In this document: positions 1 to 624 of the stretch, piece after piece
How the letters are laid out: each line of letters starts with the position of its first letter
Numbering within the stretch: position 1 is the stretch's first letter
Source of the DNA: Escherichia coli
Lineage (GTDB): Bacteria > Pseudomonadota > Gammaproteobacteria > Enterobacterales > Enterobacteriaceae
DNA: 624 nt
Assembly (NCBI RefSeq): GCF_003334385.1
Contig: NZ_QOWN01000160.1
Reading direction: 5' to 3' (one strand)
Translations under genes and position numbers: made by a program
Notes under the pieces: model-generated
The model's database searches: none
What the model was told of the DNA's origin: nothing
The model's input: the letters and a program-made list of their open reading frames with translations, nothing else

Positions 1-80
1 ACTACCATCGGCGCTACGGCGTTTCACTTCTGAGTTCGGCATGGGGTCAGGTGGGACCACCGCGCTACTGCCGCCAGGCA
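1..80 (-). rRNA. rrf: 5S ribosomal RNA, 5' portion (nt 1-80 of ~120); truncated by the window's left edge
   Basis: The reverse complement of 1-80 is UGCCUGGCGGCAGUAGCGCGGUGGUCCCACCUGACCCCAUGCCGAACUCAGAAGUGAAACGCCGUAGCGCCGAUGGUAGU, which matches the enterobacterial 5S rRNA 5' two-thirds essentially base for base. The mature 5' end (UGCCUGGCGG) is at window position 80. Confidence 0.95.
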
Positions 81-173
81 AATTCTGTTTTATCAGACCG
101 CTTCTGCGTTCTGATTTAATCTGTATCAGGCTGAAAATCTTCTCTCAATCCGCCAAAACACCTTCGGCGTTGT
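81..173 (-). other. 23S-5S intergenic transcribed spacer (part of the 9S pre-5S precursor region); no tRNA present
   Basis: This is the interval between the 23S 3' end (174) and the 5S 5' end (80). In RNA sense it reads ACAACGCCGAAGGUGUUUUGGCGGAUUGAGAGAAGAUUUUCAGCCUGAUACAGAUUAAAUCAGAACGCAGAAGCGGUCUGAUAAAACAGAAUU, nearly identical to the E. coli rrn distal spacer as I recall it. It is too short for a tRNA and has no cloverleaf-compatible sequence. The boundaries rest on the inferred mature ends of the flanking rRNAs. Confidence 0.85.

Positions 174-624
<451 letters not shown>

Noticed and set aside
92-120. Hairpin followed on the plus strand by T-rich sequence (ttaatctgtatc), superficially like an intrinsic terminator
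   Set aside because: The transcribed strand here is the minus strand, where the hairpin is followed by AAAACAGAAUU rather than a U-tract. On the plus strand the T-run is interrupted and sits inside an rRNA operon antisense region. The hairpin is better explained as 9S precursor structure.

Overview
This window is the distal part of a ribosomal RNA operon, encoded on the minus strand, and contains nothing that looks like a novel system. Reading the reverse complement gives the 3'-terminal ~451 nt of 23S rRNA (positions 624-174), a 93-nt 23S-5S spacer with no tRNA (173-81), and the first 80 nt of 5S rRNA (80-1, cut by the window edge). The sequence is Enterobacteriaceae-type and very close to E. 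coli as I recall it, with small differences in 23S helix 98 and the spacer. The covered 23S region includes the sarcin-ricin loop, the A-loop and much of the peptidyl-transferase centre; all drug-resistance-relevant positions I could map carry the wild-type base. There are no protein-coding genes, mobile elements or CRISPR repeats; the short ORFs present are antisense artefacts within rRNA.
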